From assembly GCA_973895155.1 (NCBI GenBank), contig OZ316895.1:15754816-15818815 (forward strand): a stretch of 64,000 bases of DNA. Direction: 5' to 3'. Shown here piece by piece: positions 47,033 through 61,363 of this stretch. This DNA is from Marsupella aquatica (taxonomy: Eukaryota > Plantae > Marchantiophyta). The notes under the pieces were generated by a model. That model was not told the DNA's origin. It made no database searches and was given only the letters and a program-made list of their open reading frames with translations. Both the position numbers and the translations under genes were made by a program. The number at the start of each line of letters is the position of its first letter. Positions within the stretch are counted from its first letter, which is position 1.

Positions 47033-50000
47033 TTACCCCTTCTTCGTGCTCCTGTTACCCTTGAATGATGATTCCTTCTTCTTTCCAAGACCACCCTTAA
47101 AAGATCCTCTTTTTGAAGATGGTCCTGACTTGCCTGGACCACCCTTTCCTTTCTTCCCAGCGGCGAACTTTTGTCTCATGGCCTTCTTTTGCCTATGCTT
47201 CCGAACCTCCTCCACTCCCCGCAACTCATCCTTTGCATTCGCATTAGGTAGAGGCCCTTTGCGCTTTCTCCCAGGTCCTGATGCTGCTGCACCTGAACGC
47301 CTTTGGTTTCCTCCTGATTATGACAAATTAAGGACATTGTGTTGTCAGCACCAAACTAAAGACAAAGTTCACTAAAAGTGCTTACTTAAGGTCATCAGAA
47401 TCGCCGACTACCAGAAGTCATCAACTATAGTGCAGTTCTGGGCGGCAATCAAAATTACCTCCAGAATCTTCTTCATCTCCGCGTGTTGAAACACGCATGT
47501 GTGATCGCTCCTTCCATCTCTTGTACATGCCTCTATTGCCTGCGTTTACTTTGGCACCACTCTCTGTCTTGATCTGCAGAGAGCACAAGACCACAATCAA
47601 TACCCAAAAGTTTAGCCCAACTCGCAAGACTGTCCCATTTAATGCAGTACCAACTCGAATCAGAAACTAAACACGCATGAACATTTGAAGTGTAAGATGT
47701 CAGAAGGGGAACTCTTGTCTGCAAGAACCCCCACCCACATGAAAATAGCACATAAGAGACTAAAATAAATTCAGGACACAGGCAGTATCACAAACCTTTC
47801 CAGCGGCAGTAACTTTTTCGCCTTTGTTCAGCTTGATGTACTTCTTACTTTTCTAGAGAGAGTAAAACAATCTTTGTTAATACATCGCAAGAAAATACCA
47901 CGCTCAACGAAAATTTGAAACTACTAACTCCTGTTTGCGTATCGACGAAAATGATCACTACCCTCCTCAGTTGACAAGAAGTTAGCCTGGCTAGCTAGAC
48001 GCATTTATCTCCTTCGATGCAACCTTGGTTCCTAACTTATGGACGTAAGTTATCAGCCACCAACCTTGTCCCAATGGTACGTAGCTTTCTGCTTCTGGAC
48101 ACCTGCTGAATCATCAGCAATGAGGTCAAGAACCTCTGTGTCCATCCTGGAAAAATCAGAAAAACAGAGTGTAAGATTACAGCCCTAACAGCTCTCGCAA
48201 ATGAAGCACAATGCGGTAATAAACCCTGGGCACTCCGACATACCTACTGGGTCCGCCTTCACCTTTCTCTGCATTGTCAACTTCCAAGCCCGCTTCGGAA
48301 TGCTGCACAGAGTGAGATGGTGAGATCAGTAATCATGTTATCATCTACTTCATGACATTGAGAAGATACTGTGCGTACCACCATCAACCCAATTCAAGCA
48401 GTGGCGTTGCTAGAACTGAGGCCAGGATGAGTTCAGGAATTCTACCAGAAGCGTACGAGATTCACTAACGTTCTTGAAGAAGGCAACATCAAACTTTTCC
48501 TGGAATCCTAATACCTGCCATAACATATTTCTTTGCAACAAGATAGTGAGTGCACTCCAGTACTCACTCTATTCAAGGGTATTGAGCTGATGTAAAATTC
48601 CTCATCCTTGAAGCTTGTTGGCAGCAGTTTCACTGAAAAACAGGTGCGACAAAATTTAACGAAACAACGCAGCTGACTTCCAGCCAGAAAGCAATCTGGA
48701 GGGCCTCCAAAATTCAAGTTTCAATTCTCAGGGATGCGATGTAAAGAGAAAAAAACAAACTAGAATATGGCATCAAGTAATAGCAAGTACCTCCTCCCGT
48801 TTTCTTCCTCCTCTTGCTCGTAGGAGCATCTGTGGATGGCGGTCCACGATCCTCCTCATCCTGAGACTAGAAAGCCACAGGAAAAATTAGAGGAAAGACA
48901 ACAGACATAATACAATGCTTTAAACAATGAAAGCCGACTTGAAGCCACATCATAAGATTCAACTTACAGAAAATGCTTGCTTCGTAGCTTTCAAGGTTGC
49001 CTCTTTCTGTTGTGTTGCAATGATTACATGCTCATGCACAGCCCTCTTTCTCTTCATAATTTCCACCACATCAGCTGCGGGGGACTGCAAATAACTCAAG
49101 AAATCATAAATAAGATGAGCACCAATTGCAAGCGGAACATGGTCAGAAATATGATTATGTCCTCGAAGACTGTACTCTTAGTACACCGTCTGCCACCTCG
49201 GAAGACCCCGCACTCTAGGTAGATGAAACTAAGATGAGGGCTGGGATGGGCTTTCAGGGCACCCTGAGAAAGAAAGTTTACCTTCTTCATCTTGGCTTTG
49301 GCCGCTTCAGCCTCTGACTCCAGAACTGTCTGCTTCGGCCTGAAAAAATGAACTGCCCGAGTCGATTATTTGCTCTCCAACTTAGAATCCGGAATACCTT
49401 CTATACACAAGTGCGTCAACGAAATTGCATCCAGGATCAATTGACACCAGACAGCAGGATAGGAAAGAGAAGCGATAACACTGGAACAAGCCAGAGGAAT
49501 CGAACAATGACGTCTTAGAGCCTATCAAAGATCTTCCGTTATGGCATTCAGTAAGTATTATAAGAAACAAGTACCCACCTGTAAGCTCGGACTTTTTCTG
49601 CAAAAGCTGCAATATCTGCCTCCACACCGTGAACTTGGTCCCTCAACATCGGGTGCAGACCCTCACGGTCTAGCTCTTTTGCTCGCTTGCAGGATTCAAA
49701 AGAAGGTGCAGGTCGTGTCTTTGCATACAATCGAAAAGCATTTCCGCAAGCCTTCTGAAGAGCCAAGAGTTCTGTGCTATTGTTGATGACTTCACGCAAC
49801 CTTTCCGTACAGGAGTCTATCACCATCTGGGGAAATCGTCCATACACTGTTCCTCTTGCCACAGCTTTCTCCATACTGTCCAAAACCTTTTCCCTGTCCG
49901 TCCCTATTTCCTCCTCTGTAGGAGCTGGCTTGCAGGGTCTAGACAAAAATAAATGCAAATCCAACACAAACGGCATTTCGTCACCGGCAACGAAAGAGAA

Positions 50001-51521
50001 CGCTGTTCCCGATCGACCGGCTCGTGCAGCTCGTCCCACCCTGTGCACAAACAATTTGGGCTTCGGAGGAAAATCATAATTAATGACATTGTCGATCAGA
50101 GGGATGTCAATACCCCGAGCTGCAACATCCGTGACCAGAAGAAGCATGGTTTTTCTTGCCCGGAACTTGGCCAGATGTATTGTGCGAGCAGTCTGATCCA
50201 TCGCTCCATACACTACAGAGAGATCAATCCCTTCTGCCTTCAAAAGCTCAAATAAATATTCCACATGGTGTTTTGTGGAAACAAATATTATGGTCTGCTG
50301 ATCGGCTGGAATTAAGTCTCTGACCAGATAAACTAGAGCTGCTGGCTTCTCATCATGCCGCAACGTGAAAACGGCCAGCTTCAAATCTGGACTGATCTTA
50401 GTTTCTGTATCTAAGCGGACGATATGTGGATCCCGCAGCCCAGCCTTGGCAAAATCAGCAAGAAGGCGAGGGAGTGTTGCACTGAACAATAGTGTCTGGC
50501 GGTTGTCGTTCATGCGAGCCAAAATCTGCTGGAGTTGTTCCGCAAATCCCATTTCAAACAGCCGGTCAGCTTCATCAAAGACTGCGTACTCCACCGTCCT
50601 CAATGACATATCCTCCACTTCCGAAAGATGATGCATCAAACGACCAGGGGTTGCAATTATAATGTCCGGATTTTTCGCCAGCTCTTCAAATTGAGATTCC
50701 ATACTGTCCCCTCCCACCAAAACTGTGGCTCTCAGATCTGTTTTTTCAAGCACAATTCAGAAACCCACACGATTAGAACTCAAAATTTCGAATTCCAAAC
50801 AGATCTCACAATGCTACAAGAGGTAATTTCATGACCAAATTCCAACACTAGAAGATCTCGAAAGTTACTATCTTGATCAAGTTCCAGTCCAGCGGGAAGC
50901 CAAGCCCTCATTAAAGAATGTTAATCGTGGAATATGACACCTAAAACCCTGAACCCTACTATATGAACGACACCAAAGACACTTATAATATTCCAAACCG
51001 TTCTTTCATTTGCTAGATTCTGTCCTGGGAAGACACACTACTACATGTGAAAGTGCTTCAATTCATTTGTCGCGGACAGCCCTCAGAGAAATTCATTCAA
51101 GCAGGAATTTAACTCATAAGACATTAATTAATTGTTCGAAGGAGCTGCGAGCAGACGCGGTAGGCGAGAGGTAAGAGCGATGGAAGGGCTGCATACCAGT
51201 GTAGCACCCGAGTTCTTTGCAGAATTTGAACGTCTGCAATGCGAGCTCTCTGGTGGGAGACAGAATCACAGCCCTAGCGCCAGCTTTGGTGGAGTGTACC
51301 TTGAGTTTTTCCAGCATAGGAACAAGGAATGCTGCCGTTTTTCCCGAACCAGTCCGCGCCATGGCAACCACATCGTAACCCGCCATCACCAAAGGCAGAG
51401 TCTTCCTCTGGATGGGAGTCGGCACCTGATATCCTTTCTTCTTCACGGCTCTATACACCGGGAGACTGAGCCCGAGGGACTCGAATCCCCCGGATTTCGG
51501 TTTCTTCTTCTCCCTCCCCAT
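47033..51521 (-). CDS. RH29: DEAD-box ATP-dependent RNA helicase, DDX54/Dbp10 orthologue (plant RH29-like), multi-exon
   Basis: [14 protein letters not shown] (DDX54-type N-terminus), Q motif [46 protein letters not shown]. Dbp10-type C-terminal IKTESGAKV...YKRWK and a basic tail. Exon 1 51521-51197, exon 2 50737-49579, then small exons down to 47033. Confidence 0.95.
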
Positions 51522-52324
51522 CGCGACAAACCCTCACAAACGCGAGGGAGGAAATCTATCGAGACTACTAAACAATGAACCCGTCACCCTCTAAAATTAC
51601 ACAACAGATGCGAAATCATTCCAGCAAATTGCCTTCCGTCCCCCGAAATAGAGAATCTGCTGCTTGGAGCTTTCATCATCCGAAGGACCTCATCAGGCGA
51701 TAAAGCTTCACCCCTCCGAGACTCTCCTCCTGTCGTTGTCGTTGGTACCCTCAACTAAACCTCCGAGAACTGTATCAATTCCAGCATGGAGGACCGGCTC
51801 CTAAACCCATCGAAGGTCCTGCCATCTTCCCGAAGACAGGAAATGCCACACCTTTAGGCAGGGCTCGCGGTTTAGGGCATCGAGAAGTGTAATTTAGGTC
51901 TACGTCGGTTGCAAAACAAGTCCCCCTGGATTTTGTCACAACTAGCCTGAATACCCCTTCTAGAGATGACGAGAAAAAAAACATAAAAGGACTGCATGGT
52001 ATTTTCTGTTCATTTTTGTCCCATTCCTGTTTTTTGGTTATGCACCATCGTTTGCGATTATGTGTGTACATAAATGATGGCGTAAATGTATCACAAGTGC
52101 AAGGCTGTGTGAAAGGCAAACAATAAGGAATACCTTTCTTTTGCTACTTACTAACACCACTATAAGTTAGGGAAAAAAGTTAATCAATGTTGGACTCGAT
52201 AAAATATAAGAAAATAATGACTTTAAATGTGAATAATGAAATCTGTGTACATGTGATGACAAACTTTTTCAATGGATATATTAGAGCAAACCTTTTACAA
52301 CTGCCATTTTTAGGGTTAAGTAAT

Positions 52325-52565
52325 CTCTGTATTTCATGTCCAACACAGATACACAAACTACACAGGTCCACAAACTATTTCATTAGTGGTGGGGACTTGC
52401 AAACTGGTCCCAAACCTTATTGTGCACACTATTATCACAAATCCTATTGTTCAGCATATGATTATATAATCTTACTCAAATGCTACTAACTCTTCAGTTC
52501 CTATCTCTGTATATAATGTCCAACACAGATCCACAAATTACACAGGTACACAAAATGATTCAGAT
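52325..52565 (+). repeat. Diverged ~180-bp-period duplication
   Basis: ctctgtat...atgtccaacacagat.cacaaa.tacacaggt.cacaaa occurs at ~52325 and ~52505. Confidence 0.8.
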
Positions 52566-53502
52566 TTGTGGTAGGGATCAATAAAATTAGTTTTGGGTGA
52601 CTTGGTACTTGTGTCTCAATGCTTATTCCTTTACAAAATTGTTGGCCCCACTTCTATTCCCATATGCCATGTTTCTAGGAGACAAGTGTTTAGTTTCTAA
52701 ACTACTGTGAATCCCTTTCAAAAAAATGGTGGGTTTCTCATTGTTTTTCTCAAATTGACCTAGGTAAGTCACACAAAACTTAGGAAACAGAACTCTGAGC
52801 TGTAGTTAAAACAGGAGGGGGTGAAAAGTTTGTTTCTCACACCTCTTGGATTAGATCACACTCTTGCAAATAGATAATTTAAGGTTTGGATATTCATAAT
52901 GTATGAAATTCAATTTAATATAATTTGGATATAGGAAAAAAATAAAATATGTTGAGCAAAGATAACATCCACAACAGCAACCCCATGAACATTCAACAAA
53001 CAAGTAGTCAATACAAAGAGATACACGAGTCACCTCAGCTTGAGGTTACATCCACAGGAACACATGAGGGTTTTATTGCACTCTAGACTAACCCATCGGC
53101 CATACCAAGTCTTCGCAATACAAGATCCTATCTCTCAACTGGTTCCATAACAATGAGCTTGAGTTTCTCATATCCAAGCAAAGACCATTTGGGATATAGT
53201 GTGTAAGCTAGTTAACCTAATCTAGTCCACGACTAAGGTCAGCCCTTACTACAGTTACAATAGTAACCTTAGAACTAAGAGTAAATTTTAACAAAATAAG
53301 CATATTCTAACAAAAGATGGGCAATATTGAAAAATAAATCTAAATCGTGGATCTCAAAAAGAAATGACAAACATTCTGAGGGGATAATAGAAATTTCAAA
53401 AGTCCAAAAATACCAAGGATAGACCTTGTCTAAAGTCAATTGAAACAAAACATATCAAAAGTCCAAATAAGATAAAGTAACCTAAGTTGTATCCCAAACA
53501 AG

Positions 53503-54105
53503 ATAACACCAGAATATAACACTACCATCCCTATCCACCCACTTCATTCATAGTCAAAGGGCATTGAGGCTCCTGATTAACAATAACATCCCCATCAAGG
53601 TAACATCAGAATATAACACTAACATCCCTATCCACCCACTTCATTCATATTCAAAGAATGGGCATTGAGGCTCATGATTAACAAAAACATCCGCATCAAG
53701 GTAACACCAGAATATAACACCAAAAAAAAAAACCAGGTTATACCACCAACATCCCTATCCACCCACTTCATTCATATTCAAAGACTGGGCATTGACGCTA
53801 GTGATTAACAATAACATGTGATTGGCAGCTTTGTAGTGGGGCCCGAAAATGACTCCAAATCTTTTTCTGGGCATACTATTTCTCCTCATATGATTCTGCA
53901 AAATACAATGTACAATACTAAAGAGAGGGCATTTACTACCGTTAAGCTTTGGTGACCAAAACTCTTTCGTCACAAGCCTCTGATTAATAATCACATTCCC
54001 ATCAAGGTAACACCACAATATAACACTAACATCCTGATCCACCCACTTCGTTGATATTCAAGGAATGTGGATTGAGGCTCGTGATTAACAATGACATCCC
54101 CATCC
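53503..54105 (+). repeat. ~100-bp tandem satellite, 4 diverged copies, upstream of DJ-1
   Basis: The unit taacaccagaatataacactaacatccctatccacccacttcattcatattcaaag...gcattgaggctc.tgattaacaataacatccccatcaagg recurs near 53503, 53601, 53702 and 54008. Confidence 0.9.
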
Positions 54106-54332
54106 AGACATCCAGGCCTCCACCCACCGACTCGCCCAACGCTAAAAGGAAAACCTGGAATTATTTTCCTCTCCAGCATTTGCCTTAGAAGTGTACCATG
54201 CTGACGATTCGGCTGCGATACGAGTGCCTACCCCGCCCTTTCCCAACTCCAATGCATCATGAATGATGACGTGAATCTCACGAGAAGTCCTTCTCTACGA
54301 AATTTGGGAGACCTGCACTCGCCGACTCAGCC

Positions 54333-57300
54333 ATGGCCGCGGGAGCAGTTCTTAGCCGGATACCAACAGAGTTATTATGCAATTCCAGCGGTAATAGAAG
54401 TATCCGTGGTGTGGATTTGACGGCGGTGTCGTTCCGATTTTCAACTGTCGTTGAGCGAGCGCGACAATCCCGTCGACGGGCTTCCGATTCGGCTCTCTCC
54501 AACCGCTTCGGAAGTATTCTCGATCATCGTGGTCATTCGTTAGCGGGGTACTCCGGTGGTCGCCGAATTGTTTCTACTACGTCAGGTGCTGCGATGGCTG
54601 AAACAGTACCGGAGCTAAAGAAGCAGGTGAGGTATCTTTTTGAAGCTCGTGTCTGTGTGCTTTCAGTTTCCTTTCACGAGAATTTAGGAACTGTCCGAAT
54701 CTTGCTGAGGTTACCATGCCACGGTTTATTTGATATCAATTTGAGGTTTTTGGAACGATCGACCGAACGTCGGGCAGCTCCTTTTGGCACATTGCTTTTC
54801 GGATTCGCCTAGGAAGATGGCCTTGTGTGGTATACGTTCTGTCCAATTGATTCAAGGAATAAGGGACTTGCATAACTTTACCGGTAGATTGGATACCAGG
54901 CTTCTACTGTGCGCATGGAAGCGAATGGAAACCTAGATACCTGAATTTGTGATCGCGAATGAACACCAGATTGATAAGACACCTGCAACTCTGTTTTCCG
55001 TTGGAATTGCACGCGTTTAACTGCTAGGTGCATTTGTGGAAAGTATGATGGGTCCCCTGCCACATGGGTAAGGAGTCTTAATAGATGACAGATACTGAAA
55101 GGATATCCGATCGAGCGTGCTGCTGTCAACTAGGATCATGGCTTTCTGGAATTCTTGCCAGACGAACTTGAAACAAGTGGACTTTGCATGGAAGACTAGA
55201 AATGAACGAGGTTGTCAGTTGTGAGCGTGAAAAGAAAAGCACTGCCGTCGACCAGGATGATTATTCCGCAGCCCTGCCTTAGTTGCGCGAGGCCCGTGCT
55301 TTGTTGGTGCATTCATTGCGAGCTGACACAAGTGCGCAAGCAGGTGTTACTTCCGATCGCCAATGGATCGGAAGAAATGGAAGCCGTGATCATTGCGGAC
55401 ATCCTCAGGAGAGCTGGAGCAGATGTGACGCTAGCGTCAGTCGAGGAAGACTTGCAAATTGTAGCTTCCAGGAATGTGAAGTTGGTGGCGGACACTTCGA
55501 TTTCTACTTGCGGAGAACGACGTTATGATCTTATCGTACTACCGGTATGAAAAAAATCACCTTTGCAGTTTTACTTCGAATTTTTTGGGGGGGTGTTAAT
55601 TTTTGTTTCACATCAAAAGAGTTTTCGATATTGTAATTGGACAAATTTCAAATTTGTCTAATCATTCAGTGGGATCGAGATCGAGTAGGCAAACAATTGT
55701 ACAAATTTTTGGATGGTCGGCGCCTTCGTAACTCTGTGGCACCAAGATTTTTGTCCTCCTTAGGCTTTAATCAATGCTTTTTGATCCAAAACACATGGGT
55801 CTTTAATACCTTTCGCTTTCGTGACCTGTGGATTTTACACAAAGCTTGATCGAGATGTGATTCTAGGAACATGACGATGTAGCTACTCACCAGTCCACCT
55901 TTAAAGGACTAAGTCGGGAGCTTATCTGGTAGTATAGATCTCCAGACAATGTGGTGTACGGTCTTCCATAATCTACATTGTGCTCAGACAGATATAAGAT
56001 CTCTTCCTGTCAACTCAGCCAGTTCATGAGTGCAATCATTTGGTCTGGCAGATCATACTAGTGGGAATGGAAAACTTTACATGTGCAGATTGTTCGTCAT
56101 AAGGAGCTGGGTATGGTCTGAAGCTTTGGGGGTTTTCAGGGAGGCATGCCAGGTGCAGCACATTTGCGTGACTCCCTCGTATTGCAAAAGTTGACGCAAG
56201 CTCAAGCACAAGCAAACCGTCTGCATGCAGCAATTTGCGCTGCCCCAGCAGTTGTGTTTGAATCTTGGGGGTTACTTAATGGATTAAAGGTCGGTATCTA
56301 TGATTATTCCTTGGATCTGTGATTTACATGGTGAGAGGATGATCGGTGCGACAGTAGCCCAGGTCTGACAACTTTTGGATTACTTTCAATTTTTACGTCG
56401 TTCTGCTCCTCACACAATCTAATAGCAATGGCACTGATCTTCACATTGTTAGTATTGTAACTTTTTGTTTTATAATAGCACAGCCACAATGTCTTCTCGG
56501 AGTTGATTAGATTGTTGAAATATTTTCAGGATGTTTTTTTAAATCAGACTGATTCTCCGTGTGTATTTCACAGGCAACTTCTCACCCATCCTTCACCGAC
56601 AAGTTATCAAACTTCGAGGCAGGATCCAGAGTTGTACGAGATGGGTTGACCACCACAAGTCAAGGGCCAGGCACTGCTTTTGAGTTTGCATTATCCCTGG
56701 TTGAACAACTCTATGGCAAGGAAAAACTCAAGGAAGTTTCTACACCCCTGGTATGTAATAATCTCAAAGTCAGAGCTTGCAAGGCCCTGAAAATTTTGCG
56801 TTACATCAATTCCTCCTTCCCATGGATTTCAGTACGTGACGGTTTACTGGGATCGGCAGTGCATTCTGGGTTCCTGACATTACTCAGATTCAAGGATAGT
56901 GATTTTGTATCTCGTTGAGTATTCTTCTGGTGACGGACTAGCGGCTGAAGGGGCTTGTCAAGGATCAAAGCAAAGTGAATTGTTGTAACAGGAAGAGAAC
57001 GGGCTTGAACTGATGGCTCCATATTCGCCCTCCATTGAAGCTTGCTTCTCGCTCAGACTCCGGGAACGTCAATAGTGGGTTATAATCACTGGCAGCTGGG
57101 AGGCTTTACTTGTCAGACAAACACGAAATTGATATCGTCTGGTGAAAATGTTGCAGGTCTTCCAATACGATGCTGCACTGAAACCCTTTGCACAAGAGTA
57201 CAACCTTCAAGAATGGAAACACGTTCCTGGGAAGCCCTTCCAAGTAAGGCTTTTTCCCCACCACGTCAATTTTTCTTGAAGACCGTGTGTGGACAGAAGG

Positions 57301-58334
57301 ATGACTGTTTGCGGTTCTGCTGTTTATTATCTCTAACTATCGTGTCGCTTCTGCTAAGAGATGTTCAGGTACTGGTCCCTATTGCACACGGGTCAGAGGA
57401 GATGGAGGTAGTTATCTTAGTTGATGTCCTGCGACGAGCTGGTTTTAAGGTCATTGTGGCATCCGTGGAGAAGGAGCTGCAAATTTTGGCTTCCAGGAAT
57501 GTCAAAATCGTTGCTGATCTATTTCTTCATGATGTGCCAGTAACGGAGATAGATATGATCATTTTGCCGGTGAGTTTCAAACAGCCTCTTGATGCTGGAG
57601 TTTCACATACGCAAATTGTGTATTCGCTCTGCGGGGGTTCGTCGCAGATGAAATGTCCATAGTCTTCGGTTGCCGACTTGATCATTATTGTTGTCCATGC
57701 ACAGGGTGGTATGCCAGGAGCTGAAAGACTTCGTGATTGTGAAACACTTATTAAGCTGTTATTCAGACAGTTGGAAGTCAAGAAGCCTCTGGGAGCCATT
57801 TGTGCAGCTCCTGCAGTGGTATTTGAAGCAAAGGGGCTTTTGAAGGTCTGTAATCAACTCGTCGTCATTCCAAAATTGTTGCAAAGATTAATAATGTGGG
57901 TCTGTATCTCCACATCTAGCATGTCGGCACGGCACAGTGATTCAAAAACACCACTTTCGGTGAATTGTTGTTTCCTTTGACTTACAGGTTAGCAAGATGG
58001 GAATGTCCGGATGTTGGCCGAGATGTAGTGTATGTTTGCACCGCTCGTACAAGAGAGTTCTCTTTGCAACAACTTCAGGTTTCTTCCGTGTTGCATGAAC
58101 TGATTTTTCCCCGTTGGGATGATGCAGGGCAAGAAGGCGACATCTCATCCTGCCTTTTCTGGTAAACTTTCAGATCAAAGTGCAGCTGACTCGAGAGTAG
58201 TTATTGATGGTTTTACAGTTACAAGTCGTGGTCCAGGAACCGCTATGGAGTTTGCTTTGTCGATCGTGGAGAAGGTAGTTGGGCACAGTAAAGCTCGCAG
58301 CATAGCAGAGGCAATGGTTTTACCCTATTCTTAA
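54333..58334 (+). CDS. DJ1: Two-domain DJ-1/PfpI family protein (DJ-1B/C-like) with probable plastid transit peptide; ~485 aa, 8 exons (54333-54626, 55344-55544, 56140-56289, 56574-56750, 57157-57243, 57369-57569, 57705-57845, 58128-58334)
   Basis: Two repeats of VL(L/V)PIA(N/H)GSEEME...D.LRRAG...LPGGMPGA...AICAAP...(Q/R)GPGTA.EFAL. Catalytic Glu and Cys are kept in both domains. The N-terminal extension is S/R-rich. All introns are phase 0 GT-AG. Confidence 0.95.
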
Positions 58335-59911
58335 GTTTCTCAACTTGAACTTTGAGGTAATTAAATGTGCAAAATAAATGAAAACGTTATACAATTATGG
58401 TGTATAGTCCAGCTCAACTTTTGAACCAGCTGACGGTTCCTCAATCAATTCTCTGTGCCTGCCGCGTCTAATGATTTTCGGTTATTATGTGTCATATCGG
58501 GACGCGATTGTCCGAGATATCCTTGTGGTACCAAAATTATAGTTCCGGATGCATAGACTACTTGTGCCGTTGGAATAGCCGTGGAAGTGTAACTTCAGCG
58601 ATGCTGTCTGTTACACTTTTGCCTCCATGGAAACACATTATCTACATGGGCATAGGTTTTATTGTACTTCACATTGGTTTGCTGCTCAAAATTGTATTGA
58701 CTGCTGGACTCGTCATGTGTTTATTAATTAGGAATGCTTTTAATTTCTAATATGTCACGTCTCAGTATTATTGGAACGGCCGGAACCGAGTTGGCATCCA
58801 CCTCCAGGCGTTCCTCCCACGATAGATTCCCATGCTCAGAGAAATTGCTTTCTGATCTTGCTCGGCGACCACAGAAGTAGGTAATTGATCGATCGGAGTG
58901 CCCAGCTGCACCTTCTCCCCAGTGCGGCCATCTTGGGCAGAATATTGTCCTCTTCTGTAAGACCCGTCTCTACCTCTATCTCTCATGGAGAAGCCAGAAG
59001 AAGAAATTGGTTCAGTGTCAGGCCCAAAACGATTTCCCGGATGAAAATATGTCCGGCCTCCTACCAGCACCACGGGATCCTCTCCCATGCCAATCTCCAC
59101 CTGGTCGGGAATGAACGGGGGCCATCTCTATACTGAAATGCGCCATCCGGTGAAGTTAACGAGATCCTTCAGAAAGAAAGAAAACCCCTATGCCTTTCCG
59201 AACAAAGACTGAGAAGGAAGTAGATTCCGCAAATTTCCATGCATTCTTCAACCCCGAGGCTAAAAAGATGAAGTAGAATGTGCCTACATTCGAAACAATC
59301 AACTCCAAAATGCTGTAGCACAAGATAAGGAGTCTTCCAAAAAGCGATTCTCGGTGAAGTAATCTCGAAGTGAGATATGCGATAGATGAACTACACGAAT
59401 GCGAGAACAGCAAAGTCTCGGCACGGCGAGAAAGAACGAGGAGTCACATGTTACGACGAAAAAAGTATCAGAATTCGTTCTCCGATCCAATGCATAGAAA
59501 GACCTAAAAAAAAATCCCTTCAAACTTCGTGAAAGGAATCACAATAGCCCAACGAACATTCCGTCACTCTATCCTTATTCTAAACCCATAAACCTTCAAG
59601 ACTCAATACGTTTGAGCTCTCACAGCGCCAGCGCACACTCCTCTCGAGCTCTCACAGCCCCATCACATACCAACTGTAAATGAGCCTATCCTTGCTTTAT
59701 AATTTGTTTAATTTGCCACTTTTGCTCATTTTATGGTTTCTAGGCCTTACCATTTTTGGTGGCCTGGAGACAAAGAAGAAGATGCCATCATAACATGTCT
59801 CCACTTTCAGTACATGGCCAATTTTTTTGGTGAATAGATAGACTTCTAAGATGAGGCAAAGGCCCTGTAGAGTGGATAGAGCATGAATACCAAGTATTGA
59901 TAAACAAAACC

Positions 59912-60080
59912 TTAAACCTCCACTAGCCATGACAAAATGTGTATCTACCAGGTTTCACCATTAATAGTACTTTTTCATGAAATTGTGGAGCAAAACTCAT
60001 CCTAGAGGAGAGGAATGGAATAACTGGAATGTGAAAAGGGAGAAGTCTTGGACTCTTCCCCCTTTTACATGGCTAGTGGC
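59912..60080 (-). repeat. Second copy of the dispersed repeat at 28273-28440
   Basis: Its reverse complement aligns by eye with 28273-28440. Confidence 0.8.
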
Positions 60081-61363
60081 GGTTGAAACATTGTAGGGAC
60101 ATGTAGGGTATTTCTTGTCAAAAACAATATCCAAAAGCACATGTCAATGACTAAAAGGCTCAGATGACATAGTTTGGTCTGCCACAATCTACCATTTGCT
60201 TTAGTTTTGGGCCTCTTCAGGAGTTTTGGCCCTGCCACTCCACAAGTCTTCCAGTGGTCATGTATAAATGAAGCACCTGAATAGACTTCGTTACAATTGC
60301 CTTCCATTTCCACAATGTTGGAGTGGGAAAAGGGAGATTAGTTTGGGCACTCCGTATTTTCTAGACGGAGGATAGTAGACCAAGAGGTCTAGTTGAAGGT
60401 GATACCTATTTAAATTTCCAGTAATAACAATGTAGAATTAGTTATTGCTTCATATCCACTTGCAAAATTTGCATACAGCCATGAAATTCCATTGAATAGA
60501 CAATCCTATGGATCTTCATGGCAATCTTCACTTGTCCAAGTCAAGTCTTGCAGCAAAGCTCCTAACAACCAAGAAAGCCAGCAGGAAGAGTTTGATGACC
60601 ATTGGTAAGGAGGTGGGCTACAGATTAGCTTATGTCCAGCTAGACAAGTGTGTTTGGTAGAATTACTTGACGGTCAGCTGCACACTTGGCCAAATCTTAA
60701 GCAGATTAAGAAACTCCCAAGCATAGTGAGGGCTGACCAGATGAAAAGTGATGTCTGTCATGGTATCCTACTTTAATTAAACAGTAATTTCATTTGTGCT
60801 CTGATTGGCTGAGGAAGAGTTGCAACCTTTCATATCAACCTGGATAGCAATTTGAATCTATTGTCTTTCAACTCCACAATCTACTCTCTTGTGCAAGCTC
60901 GAAAAAATGAGATCAATTTGTGAGATCATTCAATCTCCAATAACCCCAAGTTCATTAGTTCTTTTAGTGTGAAAGACTCTCAATCGCCTTCAAGCTCTTT
61001 GAGACATATCCCCGGACCCTAAACTCTTTGATCTTTCCAGTTTTTGCCTTTTCATGCAGTAAAGCAATCCAAGATCAATGTCCATACAAATCCAGGCATA
61101 ATTATATATTGAGATTCAGTCTCTAACATTGTGAAGTGACAGATCAGAGCCGGTCAACAAGTAGTATGTGATGTTCCCTAGAAGTGGCTACAGAATGGGT
61201 CATTCAAACTTCAGACAAATCTAAATAAGTCTAGGGCACTTTGGATATATGATCAGTAATTGAAATATTTCCCAGGAGATGCTTTATACTTTAGTGGTTG
61301 CTTTCATTTCAATTTTCCCCAGACTATTATTTCAGGCATAAACTGTCTATGGCATTGTCGAGC

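Noticed and set aside
51478-51491. gggattcgagtccc (minus strand) resembles a tRNA T-loop/B-box
   Set aside because: It lies inside RH29 exon 1 (GGFESL) and no cloverleaf forms.
52129-52150. atacctttct resembles the 5' end of plant U2 snRNA
   Set aside because: The match ends after ~10 nt and the branch-pairing GTGTAGTA sequence is absent.
60350-60392. Hairpin ctccgt...acggag followed by a CTAG (Helitron end or Stowaway TIR)
   Set aside because: The stem is short, the spacing is atypical and no matching other terminus was found.
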